Source: Nemertoderma westbladi (lineage: Eukaryota; Animalia; Xenacoelomorpha). Taken from it: 53,716 nt of DNA. The stretch spans positions 1 to 53,716 of the forward strand of contig JAUCBJ010001988.1 of NCBI GenBank assembly GCA_032718475.1, given 5' to 3'. Below are positions 10,955 to 22,752 of this stretch, one piece after another. The position numbers and the translations under genes were made by a program. Positions within the stretch are counted from its first letter, which is position 1. Every line of letters begins with the position of its first letter. Under the pieces are notes generated by a model that worked only from the letters and a program-made list of their open reading frames with translations, was not told the DNA's origin and did not search any database.

Positions 10955-13900
10955 ATGGATACTTCTAAAGATGATTCAATGGACAATATCAATACGCAGC
11001 GACAACAACTTTCGGAGGAATATCGCCGAGGTATGAGAGAGATGATGGAGGACCTGTTGACACCCGGAGTACCACAACAGTATACGGAACCTCTAATGTC
11101 CCCTGTAGAGATATCAGAACAACATCACTATTGCGCCTTCATGAACAGATACACCAACATCGATGGATCATACAAACCATTCATTATATCCGGACATCCA
11201 AGAGACCTCATATACTCTGAAGACGTTCATGAACGGCAAGATATGGAAATGTGGCGCTATCATGTGCGAAGACAATGAGAGAAGACCGCCCAGATGGATA
11301 AGGAAGATGCGATTCAGGACACCATGTCAGCGAACGATGTGGAAGCTAGCGACAACGCGGCTAGATTTGAGGACTTAATTACGTTCCTCAGAGAAATGTA
11401 TTTAAATGTGGCGGCAGCCCAAACCCAGCAAACTCATTACGTCAAAGGCATCCACCCCGATCCAATAGCGGAAATCAAGCGCTTGTACCACATAATGATG
11501 TACTTAACCGCAGCTAGGCCTTTACCCTTGTTGACGGATCGTTTCGACGCTATGGAGGAGTACTGCAAAACTGGTTCATGATCTCCATACATAAGTCGCC
11601 AGGACTTTAAATTATGGTACTACTGTGAAGACTGTCCACACCCTAACCAACAAGAAAACCATGATGACCATGCACGATTGGGCTGATCAGTCAATCACCC
11701 CCGTGAACGTTGCCCTAGGCACAGTTATATGCATTTCACATATGGAGGATATGAGTGCGATTTATTCGGCGTGGATGAACGAGCCTTAAAGAAATTACGT
11801 AAAATGGAGCATTTACCCATTGACGTCCTACAATTTTCAGCGTGACCTCCAGCTCCTAAAGTTCAACCGTCTCCAGTTCTTCCCCAGGATTCCAGCCCTT
11901 TAGATGAGGACTACTCCAAATACCAAGATATGATTCTACCGGAACAGCTGATTCCCCGAGAGAAACCGGTGATAACCCCCTTAGTTCCACCCGGACTCGG
12001 AAGAGGATTTAGGACATCCCGAGCCGTAATGACAGGTGAATGGTTGACACCGGTGTAGTCATACCCTCCGCAATGAAAACCACTCAGTTAATAATGTTAC
12101 CTAGTTTAGCCGGCATCCATGCGCGCCTATCCAAAACTCCATCCGGTACATTGTTGACGGAACTCACTTTGTTGGAGGCCATAGGCAACCCCTGAAGAAG
12201 CGATTGTGCTGGAGGATGCCGATCTCACCATCTACCGTCAACCTTATGTCCAATCTTTGATGGAAGGTTTTCAGCCTAAACATTATGTTCATCCTTCCAT
12301 GCAGCACTAGGTCTTCGGCACCAAGCAACCATGCATCTTCGGCGAGCCCACTGAAACCACTTGTGCTATCGCTGATGTTCCGATGTTAAAGACGCCTACA
12401 TTGGAACCTTTACGTATGGATGGTGAATTAGTTCCCACTTCTCACACTCGAGCCGACGTAATTCAGGAAAAGGTCCATGGAATAAATGTAGCGCGTCGTC
12501 CTTTGCACTATCCCTTCTATGGAATTAAAGACCATCCTCGGTTCATGATGCTTAAACAACATTACGTTATACAACCAGAACACCCTGGATGGGATATGCG
12601 ATTCTTACCATTGGTGAACCCCTTGGACCTCGTGGAACTGGAGGCTTTACATCAACATTTGGATTATTTGGTGAAATTAAACTCATTTAAAAAACCTTAT
12701 AACATAGTAACAATAGAAGCCAGTCCACGTCCACCCTTTAACTTAGAGACATTTATGGATTACCATCGCCTCGTACACTGGAACTTGGATGTAACCTTAC
12801 TGGAGGATGATTTGAAATATATCGAACCAAATGTAAATACTAATGAGATGCCTAGCTATGAATCCATAAGAATAGTGCGTGGAGAACCCGGTTTGTTAGA
12901 TACTCTATGGAAACCAGTATAACTGATCTCCGAAGTGGCTAACGCTGAATGGTCGCATACAGTCAATGTTATTCATAGCTACGGCGTTATGATTTATGAC
13001 AATGAGGGCTCAGTGCCAGATCATGATCTCGGTTCGACTCGGTTGATTCATATCCGCGGTCTCACTGGAGCCACACACGTTTTTACGCGTACTTGTTGTG
13101 GTACCAACATTGTTTTCCCAGCCTTGACTGCCTATCAATGCCGTGCGAGACATCAACAATTTGTTAAAGCGGAGGCTTACGTCAACGACACGAACTGACA
13201 CCCGGCCATGGGAATAGACGCCGCTTTATTACCACAACCCGTACTGGACATTCTATTGGACGAATCCATTTATAAACTCGGTTCAGCCATATATCGGGAT
13301 TTAACAGATGATTTCCCTGTTGTCCATGACATACCATATCCCTCCTTATACATTATCCTTCCTTGGGCTGAATTTCGCGGCTTCTTCCGGGTCATGTATC
13401 TACATAACGCTAACGATACATATAGCAGAGTTGACTCATATTTGCCTTATTACTTTCAGGGACCACTCACCGCCCCTGGTGCCGTATATAGTTTCATGAG
13501 TGTCCCCTTGCGCCCCTCATTGGTGTTGTACCTCATATTCGAAAACCAAGTGTTATCCGGATGGCTTGCGGATGTCTGTAGCCATACTTTGAGAGCGCAC
13601 CCATTGTTGTTGGGAACCCAACTTGCCAAACTCAATGAACTCGGTAAATTCCTGAACTTCGAATGCTTTCGGCGTTTCCTGACCCCCTTCGCCAATATTG
13701 ACAGTCAGTTTCGCGTGAAGTTGCTGTCTCAACAAGAGTTACGTCATTCCGCAAAGGATGAGCTAGCCAGCGGTGGCTTTGCCATATTCCGGGACGTATG
13801 TATTTCAAACCTACATCAATCGGTGATTAAGAGACCCAGAATCAAACCTGGCTTCTCGGTTGGGCAAATACAGACTGATATTATGGACGTTGTCCCTACT

Positions 13901-14778
13901 GCCGCATTAATAACGATCACACCTTCTTCTCCTGTCTAGTCTTTGCCACCCAGTGCGAGCGAGCATCGCCAACTCAAGGGACACAGTAGTCCAAACTGCC
14001 CCTTTGGTCCCGATATCGAGGTAGAAAATGAAACAAGTGTTACACGATATATTCGATCATGGGAAGGATGCGCAGATCTCAACACGATCACCACATACGA
14101 TATGCCGCAGCGAAAGCTCACCTCGGAGTATACGCGGTTGCCCCCTTCACCTGTGCAACAGATGTTTGGTGTGCTTGGCTACCGAGTTACGAGCTCCTCA
14201 ACCCTGTAGCTTCCTGCACCAACACCAGTTTCGTCCGACGCTTCCTTCACAAGATACAGCCGGAGCGTGAGATGTCCTACGATATAATAAAGTTTATTAG
14301 TGACTCTCCATTTTATTGTTCCCAGTTCCTGGAAGGACATCCCAAGCTGCTCCCACAGCATCGAGTTTTCAGCAAACACGCTCAATGTGAAGGACCAGTT
14401 CTCCATGCTGTGCCTCCGAGAATTTTCCTCGGCAAGCAGCCCCCATTTGGTGTCGCTACCCAAACCGTCGCCTCCAGACCAGTGCAGGCTGCTGTGTGGA
14501 AGCGCTTAGCTGCTCCTCCTGGACTAGAGATCCGTCGACCGGCTGTCGACTCGGGCACAACGAGACCGGTTGAGTTCCTGTCCTTGCCCAACACCTCCAC
14601 CGGGACATACACCGATCGTCCGATTTTACCGACACCAGACGCGGTAAATATACATCTGGGTCCCAACGAGACGCTTTCAAGCGATGACCTGATGTTACCC
14701 GCGCCCCAAACACCTGCGAAGAAGATGAAACAACTCTTTATGTGCAATACCCCTAAGCATCCCAAACGAAAGCGATAA
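10955..14778 (+). pseudogene. Decayed intronless ~1270-codon ORF of unknown family (probable accessory ORF of the BEL/Pao element or an endogenous viral gene)
   Basis: ORFs starting at 10955, 11294, 12383, 12935, 13208 and 13943 are in one frame, broken by isolated stops. There is a compensated frameshift at ~12040-12190 and one frameshift near 14190 into the ORF ending at 14778 with PKHPKRKR. Confidence 0.75.
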
Positions 14779-15641
14779 TATAAGATTGCTATTAGTTAGC
14801 CTGTCAAACTTTATAAAATCCCTGTACTCGTTCGTCAACAACTAAGTACGTTGTAAAACTATCATATTTGTAAATAATGAACAATATGCATTTCTTATTA
14901 TAAGAGTTGAAACTCGATATATTAGTCGAATTTATGTATTTTCATATTTGAAGGACAATATGACTCAATACTTACCTACATACGTCGATTAATTTAACGA
15001 CCTACCATATTGTAAATATATCAAACTCTAAAGTTTGTTTGAAAGGTCGTTTAATACTTATTTTTGCTACCGGAAGTGACTCAACGAACTTTATTATTTT
15101 ATATGAGGAAATTGATCTACCCTTAATTAATTTCATTTAATTATTTAGTTAGATTGTTTATCACATTTAAATTGTATGTAGTAATTATCTAATATTGATG
15201 TTGCCTTTAATGGTTGAAAGATTGCATATACCCCTTTCCATGCAAATTTCCGAAAAAACTCAATATTGTGTTATTCATAGAACGATTGTTGAACTCGTAC
15301 GTAATTTTAGGGAACGGTTTTGCTGCACACGCTAACTGCATGTCAAAATCTTATATTTTTATCAGAGAACTATTCAACTTCTGTGTGCATAATATTTGTC
15401 TCAAATCCGTGTTGTATATCACTGTTAAGATTGTTTGTCCATTGCCCAGCATCAGTTGCCGTAATTCTAAAGCTCCTATTGGTTGCCATATTTTGCGATG
15501 TCCTTGCGCCCCATTGGCTGTTTCTATTCTTACAGTGCTATAATAATTGATGTTTATCCTGCTATTTCGGGTATAACCTCATAACATCTTAAGCCTGTTA
15601 CGAGTCATGTAACTAGTAGGCCCTATGAAATTTCACCTTAC

Positions 15642-15720
15642 TGTATGCATTGTAACTTACTTGCTGTATGCATTGTAGCTTACTTGCTGCATGCATTGTA
15701 ACCTACTTGTTGTAAGCATC
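15642..15720. repeat. 23-bp minisatellite, ~3.5 copies
   Basis: TGTATGCATTGTAACTTACTTGC repeated with substitutions. Confidence 0.85.
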
Positions 15721-16791
15721 ATAATTTGGTGTGTGTATTAAATCTTATCGTTATAGTTATTATTATTGCTTTACCTTGTTGATGAATATACAAGACCAGA
15801 GATCACACCAACTTGATTTCCACATGGTTAGTGCTGACTGTGCCCTGTCTGTAATAGATCCGGTTCATTTAGTGCGAGTGTGTGCGTCCATAGTACTGCA
15901 ATATTATTCCCTTACTAGTAACTATAATTTATCCATACTATGATGCGTCTCGTACGAGTGAACGGTGCGCTTACCACCCACTAGGTCCAACATAGTGTCC
16001 TACCTGTAATATATATAAGTCAAACATACATTTGCCAGCCAACAACACTACATAATGGAATGGTTGACACGTAAATATTACTTTATTCCCTTGAAGCAGT
16101 TTATAGTGCCGAAGCTATATACTTACAGTAATTGATTGTACATTCAGACCAGATATATATTTATATATATTAGATAATATATATGTATACATAAACATTC
16201 GTGAGTGTTCCTGCTATGCCGCAGGTATCCCAAGGCACTCGATAGCACTCTCAAGAGTTACAAACGAACTCACTTTGTAGCGGATGTGGGGTTAGCCTCC
16301 CGTAAAAGCCTTGACAAGGCCGATGGTTCTTATCGATTCTCCATTGCTTTTTATTGCCTTTGTTCACGAGAGGGCAAGGATATATTTAATATGCTAACCC
16401 CTTGACAAGGGAAGGGTGAGACTAAATTGTCTACCATGATTGGTTGCACTTGTTATTTGACCAAACAATTGAATTATATGCAATATTTTCGCTTAACCAC
16501 TTCAACGGTAGACTGGTAGCTTACTACTGTAGAATATTTAAATGATCCAATGCAAACAAAGATACTTGAATCATGAGACTTGAATCTACTTATTTTATTC
16601 ATCCTGTATTTGTATGTGAAAGAGCCGAATATCATTTGTTACCCGTGCTGTATGTCTGTATGTATAGAGATATGAGCTTCCGATTCTGTTATTCCATTTG
16701 TCTGATAATCAGATACCTGACATAAACCTGTACTTGCCTAACAACTCGACCATACCGGACCTGAAATGAAAAATCATTGTTATCAGGACTG

Positions 16792-16946
16792 CTATGCGTA
16801 GCACCTACGCGTAGTTTCAAAACACCTACGCGTAGTTACAAAATACCTACGCTTAGTTTTAAAACACCTACGCGTAGTTGTTAAAAAGGCAGCAAGTCTG
16901 GCCCTACCAGTAAATGACAGGAATGGAAGTTACAATCTACGCGTAG
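16792..16946. repeat. Array of the palindrome CTACGCGTAG at 21-bp spacing
   Basis: Copies at 16805, 16826, 16847 (variant), 16868, plus 16792 (variant) and 16937. Confidence 0.85.
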
Positions 16947-18492
16947 GTCGAAAAGATTTACCCAAATACCAATCATCCGCCTAGCACACAAATGCCAAAT
17001 GTCCAAACCCGGGAAACTTTGATAAATATTAAAAATAAATATACAAGATTATTGTAAAGACATATTCTGCCAACTTTAACATAGTACCAAATAGTTGAGG
17101 ATCATTTTCATATATCCAAAAGTCTCAGTGATGATATTATGAAAGGGGGTTGCCTGGAACACATGAAATAAAAAATTATCATTTTTTATTGGAAAAATAC
17201 AAAATGTTATCCAGAGAATCGCCAGTTCCATTAAATTTAATAAATTATTAATAAATTGCAATAATTTTGTCAGTTTCCATATTCAGATATATAGTATTAT
17301 GAGTTGAGTAAAAAAAGTTGTTGCAATTCACACCCAGGAAGTCCCTCTAAAGGCATGCATGCCAAATCTCACCACGTGCCAAATCTCCCTAGTCTCCCAA
17401 ATCTCAAATCCCTCATCTCGAATCCCAAATCTCCCTGCTATACGGTACTCTAGCCTTATTATATATGCAAATATATATTTTAATAATAATAATTCTATAC
17501 TAGTATGCTATTTACGTTAGCGCGCTGCAGCGCGGTGACAGTGTTGTAAAAGGACTGTCCTGTTACCTGTTACCCCCCCCCCCCCCCCCCCCCCCTACCC
17601 GGGGCGATGTTGATGATTGCTGTAGACTTTCATTAAATTCTCCCAGGAAATTTAGAGATTCATAGAAATTATCCACCTCTTCTACTGGGGCAACCCCATT
17701 GGAAAGTAGCACCCAATAAGATCCACCTTAGGAAACGTTTTAGCCAGTTTTATAGAACATGAGAAGTGACAATGGATGCTGTGGTTGGAGATTTGGTCTA
17801 CTTTGTCCAATGCTGCATGTGCAGTTGGATTCATCAATGGGACATGCCTCTTGACTATCATTTGTGCTGCTTCATGCAACGAAAAGTATATAAGAGCCTT
17901 GTGTAGCTGCACAATTATTTGTGTTGTGTTAGAATTTAATCACTAACATTGTAAACATAGTAGGATACCAAAACATATTTTTCTTAACTAGATAATATAT
18001 TTATGACTTTGGATTATCGATTATATGAATAAATAATTAATTCAAAATTTTACTCGCACCGAATATAGACAAAATTAATCTAAAAACTTTAATTAAACAT
18101 AAATCCATATACTGTACAGTAAATTCATATACTGTAAAGAAATCCATATACTGTATAGTAAATTGAGTTAACCAACATTGGCAACAAATAAAAACAACCC
18201 CCCCCCCCCCCCCCCCCCCAAAAAAAAACGAAAAAAGGATGAAGAAGTACTTATCAATATACAGGTAAAAATCTCTCAGTAAGAGGCCATTGGGGGAGGA
18301 CCAGCTGTAACCATGACGGATTTTTTAACTCATAATAATTTTATTGTAGGTGATTGCAAGTGATCATCAGTAAAGTTTTTCACTAAGCTAGGGCTACTTT
18401 GATACCCTGTTCTCATTATAATAAAGGTTAAGCCCAAAAGTTAAACCAAACTTAAAGACGATTCAACCGTTAAGTTAATCCTGATTAAGTGT

Positions 18493-19929
18493 CTACCCTC
18501 TATTGAGAGCTTTTATCTTGACACCAGTTATATGTAGCGGGGATGATAACTTTGCCAGTGGAGTGTCAGATACCCACACAAACTGATGGAGAAGATGACT
18601 TATCATCAATTTCATCTCCATCATTGATATACGCTCTCCTGGACAAATTCGTGGCCCCAAACTGAACAGAGTAAAAGACTCTGGTTTGAAAACAGTGGTT
18701 TTATCATCTGATAAAAAATGCTCTGGGTAAAATTCCAAAGGTTTCTCCCAAACTTTAGAGTCAGTAGCAATAGCCCACAGATTCACGATGATAAGATCAT
18801 TAGGATAAATGTCATATGAGTTAATTTTAGTCTCCTGAACGACTGTATGTGGAACTCCTGTTGTTGTGGCACTGCAACGCAATGTCTCCAATAAACAGGC
18901 CTCCAGAAGGGGTATTTTTGAAACATCTTCAAGTGTTGGTAGCCTGTCTCTTCCAACAACTTCATCAATAAGTCCCTGTAGCTGATGCTGCGTTTTTGAA
19001 TAAACTGTCATTATTCTCAGAAATAAACATATCATCATACTTGTTGTATGGCTACCATTAAAAATATTAGAAAGAGTCGCTGCCAAATTATCATCATCAT
19101 AGTAACCTCTCTTTAACTCATTCCCCAAGTTGTGCCATTTCCTTTGCTCAAATAGGTAAGCATCAGGAAAGTGTCTTGGTTGTTCGTTGTAATCAACAGT
19201 TAGACGCTGCTCATTTACGATCCTCATAAAGCAGTCATTAAGTTTTAGATTAGCTTTATATACACTTGTTTCACTGGTCATTATGTATTTTTCGACAACA
19301 TTTGGAATGAACAAACAGTAGAAAAACGAACTAACTAAATTGTCGGTTAGATTAAGTAGACTGATAAACATCGGGTCGTCATATTGGAATCTTTCAAGGA
19401 ACATGATGGTGTTGATGACATTTGAAACGGCTTTTTGAATTGGGACAAACATCGTGAACGATTTGTCATTTAATGTTCTGATATGTTCGCATACATGTAT
19501 TGCTTCTTGTCGAATTATCTCCTCCATTGTTCCAAACGAATTATCAAAATTTCTTATGAAAGAGCTAAACAATTTTCTTTGATGATACCAAAGTGGTCCA
19601 CTAGCCCAACCAATGCCTTTGTTTGGAATGATTGTATTAGAACGATATGAAAACTCCCGGCCACGTTCTGCAAAGACGTGTTTCATCAACTTCAATGAAT
19701 TCAAAATGATTATGTTTGTTCCAAAAATTGGTACTCTAATTATATCCGAGTGAAGTTTTCCACATAGACGATTTAATTCTTCCCCTGGCCATCCCGGGTT
19801 CTTTACGAGTTTAATTATGAAAGGTAATATTTGTACAGAAGGTGGACGATTATTAGACTTACATCTTCTTGAATAGAGAAAAACAAAGACACATACTACA
19901 ATAAATACAAACAACGAGTCAATATACAT
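18493..19929 (-). CDS. Cytochrome P450, CYP2-clan-like, intronless coding region (copy 1, 478 aa)
   Basis: N-terminal TM anchor, PP hinge, WYHQR (WxxxR), ETLR (ExxR), PEHF, heme motif FSLGPRICPG; clan-2-like FQYDDP, PRHFPDAYL, GRDRLPTLED. Confidence 0.95.
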   Translation of the reverse strand: MYIDSLFVFIVVCVFVFLYSRRCKSNNRPPSVQILPFIIKLVKNPGWPGEELNRLCGKLHSDIIRVPIFGTNIIILNSLKLMKHVFAERGREFSYRSNTIIPNKGIGWASGPLWYHQRKLFSSFIRNFDNSFGTMEEIIRQEAIHVCEHIRTLNDKSFTMFVPIQKAVSNVINTIMFLERFQYDDPMFISLLNLTDNLVSSFFYCLFIPNVVEKYIMTSETSVYKANLKLNDCFMRIVNEQRLTVDYNEQPRHFPDAYLFEQRKWHNLGNELKRGYYDDDNLAATLSNIFNGSHTTSMMICLFLRIMTVYSKTQHQLQGLIDEVVGRDRLPTLEDVSKIPLLEACLLETLRCSATTTGVPHTVVQETKINSYDIYPNDLIIVNLWAIATDSKVWEKPLEFYPEHFLSDDKTTVFKPESFTLFSLGPRICPGERISMMEMKLMISHLLHQFVWVSDTPLAKLSSPLHITGVKIKALNRG

Positions 19930-20979
19930 AGCTTTTCAATTTTTTCATAGATATAGTAACTACTACGAAACTAGTCAATTTTATATAATTATTTGACAAC
20001 AGCTTATTTTTCCATATATTTTGTATATATTTACGTTATTTAGGTTTTTTGAGCTCATTCTGGTCAGAATATAGACCTTTAAACATAAATAAAAATGTTT
20101 AGCTTCTTAACAATTGCCTATGCCTAAGCTTATGTATAACCTCAGGATTACTACAGCCTTTACTGCTCCCAACCTGATTGTGCACATTGACATCTGCATT
20201 AGGAGACACTTTAAGATGTGACCAACACATCCTTGACCCCTGACCTCTGGATGCAGGCTTCATTATATGTATAAATATTATATTTTTTAATTGTTTGTTT
20301 TGTAATATACGTAGCAACGTAGCCTATACTATTATGCTATTTATTCTAGATAATTTGTCAATTGTTGACGCTAAACCGATTAACTATATTAAATAATATA
20401 TTCATTAGAAGGCAGCCCTTTCGATCAAAAATAAAAAAATATGACGTTTACGCGGTGACCTTTAACCTGCGTTTATTTGTCGATAGGGTGAAGCAGTCAG
20501 GAATGCAAGGTCATTCAACATTTGTTGTCTCTAATACGAAATACCCCTCCTCCCCAACGGCAATTCGAACTCTATCCCCCATAATGTTAGTGTGAATGAC
20601 GCAAAATGACCGCAAACCCCAATAATATGTGTTTAGTGGGTTTGAAAAATTAATTTAATTCGATTTATAACATCAAAGGAAAAAAGCAGGTTGCATTTGA
20701 GGTATTTTCTAACCAAAACAATAAACTAAACTTTATTTCACTTATGTTCATTTTGCACAGGAGATCGCTTTACTGTCAATTTTACTAGCTATCAGAAAAG
20801 GTTGAAAAGGTTTTCACTATAAAATTATTGGCGTCAGGCCTCATTTTTTGTTAACCAAAAATGTAATGAAATCCAGAAAAGATCAAAGAAATCCATTAAC
20901 AAAAGTTGGGAAATCAAATATATCAAGTTGATTATTAATAAGTAAATTCTAAAACATATTCGATTGCATTTTTATACTA

Positions 20980-21220
20980 AGGCCCCCCTCACACGGAGCA
21001 ACTTGTTTCTGCAACTTGTTTCTGAAACTTGTTGCTGGACCCCCTCACACACAGAAATAAGTTTCGGAAACAAGTTGCAGCAACTTGTTGCTGGACTCCT
21101 CACACACAGAAACAAGTTTCGGAAACAAGTTGCAGCAACAAGTTTCTGTGTGTGAGGGGGTCCAGCAACAAGTTTCAGAAACAAGTTGCAGAAACAAGTT
21201 GCTCCGTGTGAGGGGGGCCT
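20980..21220. mobile_element. Foldback MITE built from 12-bp subrepeats, TA-flanked
   Basis: Termini AGGCCCCCCTCACACGGAGCAACTTGTTTC / GAAACAAGTTGCTCCGTGTGAGGGGGGCCT; long near-perfect arms; TA on both sides. Confidence 0.85.
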
Positions 21221-22209
21221 TAGTAAAATCGTTATTCCTTTGGTTGAGAAAATAATCTAAACTAAAGAACAGAAACTATTTCTAAATTAGATTAATGTGA
21301 ATGCAGACGATTCAATAAACAACCTATTTATATAGGATTTCTGGAAGGAGTGGTTGAATGCAACTTGAACCCAACATTTATTGAGTCCAGCACAGTTCAA
21401 GGTGACTTCTAAAAATAAACTGTCTAGACATGCCATCACCTATTGCATTACTGTACAAATTACAATATTTGAGAGTGAGTGAGCTCTGTACCAATGGGAG
21501 CGCTGCTATTGATGGGGCGCTGTAGTAATATTAATAGATTACGCACTTCTCCGGTCGCCACACACAGCCTATCCAAGTCCAGTATTCTGAGTATCAAGAG
21601 TAAACTGTCAATCATAAATATTCATATTATTAAATCAAAGATAAAATAAAATACAAAGAAATGCAACACAGACAGAAGGATAGCGTCCAATGTAACCTCT
21701 CAGACAACACATATCAGCATTGTCAACACGGCAGAACAAACAATTTATAGCCCATCGAATCGAATGTGACGGAATTACTGCATAACACGTTCACCAATTA
21801 TGAGTGAGTCGCTACAGACAGCCGTAGCTTTACCCAAACAGGCATCTAGCTATATCGTTATAGCCAAGGGCAGTTTATTATATTTGGTGAGTCTCAAATT
21901 TCGCCTGCCCGATTATAATACATTGCAATAATATTGAGTACAAAAGCTAAAAAAATTATGCTTCACAAAATTTTAAATAAGAAATAAACTAATTGTTTCC
22001 CAACTTTTAAAATATTCCATAATTATCTCCACCTGGGTACATGGGTGGTTGTTTCTAAATTATCCTGTCCAGTTCGACATTTTCCCGATCCAGTTCTGTC
22101 CAGTTCGGTTTACCAATTACTTTCTGATATGTTTTACTTTGATTTTCTGGATATGAATATGGGAAATATATATACAGTATTATAAATAATTGTTTAACAA
22201 CATCCCAAT

Positions 22210-22752
22210 AGCACACACAGTATAGGCTACACAGGAGTAGACCGCCTCCTGCACCACTCCCAACCCACCCGGCCGGAGCACACACAGTATAGGCTACACA
22301 GGAGTAGACCGCCTCCTGCACCACTCCCAACCCACCCGGCTGGAGCACACACAGTATAGGCTACACAGGAGTAGACCGCCTCCTGCAATACTCCCAACCC
22401 ACCCGGCCGTAGCACACACAGTATAGGCTACACATGAGTAGACCGCCGCCTGCACCACTCCCAACCCACCCGGCCGGAGCACACACAGTGTAGGCTACAC
22501 AGGAGTAGACCGCCTCCTGCACCACTCCCAACCCACCCGACCTGAGCACACACAGTATAAGCTACACAGGAGTAGACCGCCTCCTGCACCACTCCCAACC
22601 CACCCGGCCTGAGCACACACAGTATAGGCTACACAGGAGTAGACTGCCTCCTGCACCACTCCCAACCCACCCGGCCTGAGCACACACAGTATAGGCTACA
22701 CAGGAGTAGATCGCCTCCTGCACCACTCCCAACCCACCCGGCCGGAGCACAC
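22210..22752. repeat. 67-bp minisatellite, 8 copies
   Basis: AGCACACACAGTATAGGCTACACAGGAGTAGACCGCCTCCTGCACCACTCCCAACCCACCCGGCCGG; the 67-bp periodic ORFs in the track are a by-product. Confidence 0.97.

Noticed and set aside
13955-14010. BIR-domain-like HSSPNCPF
   Set aside because: His-Cys spacing is wrong and no upstream CxxC is present.
10955-14778. Operon or virus-like cluster of small genes, or TGA recoding
   Set aside because: The fragments share one frame and the stops are a mix of TGA, TAG and TAA with frameshifts, which fits decay of one ORF.
14780-16500. 3' LTR of the + strand BEL element
   Set aside because: No match to 3921-4700 by eye; the purine run at ~16408 is not followed by a convincing TG start.
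20545-20600. tRNA gene (B-box-like GTTCGAAT on -)
   Set aside because: No A box or cloverleaf; at most a SINE remnant.
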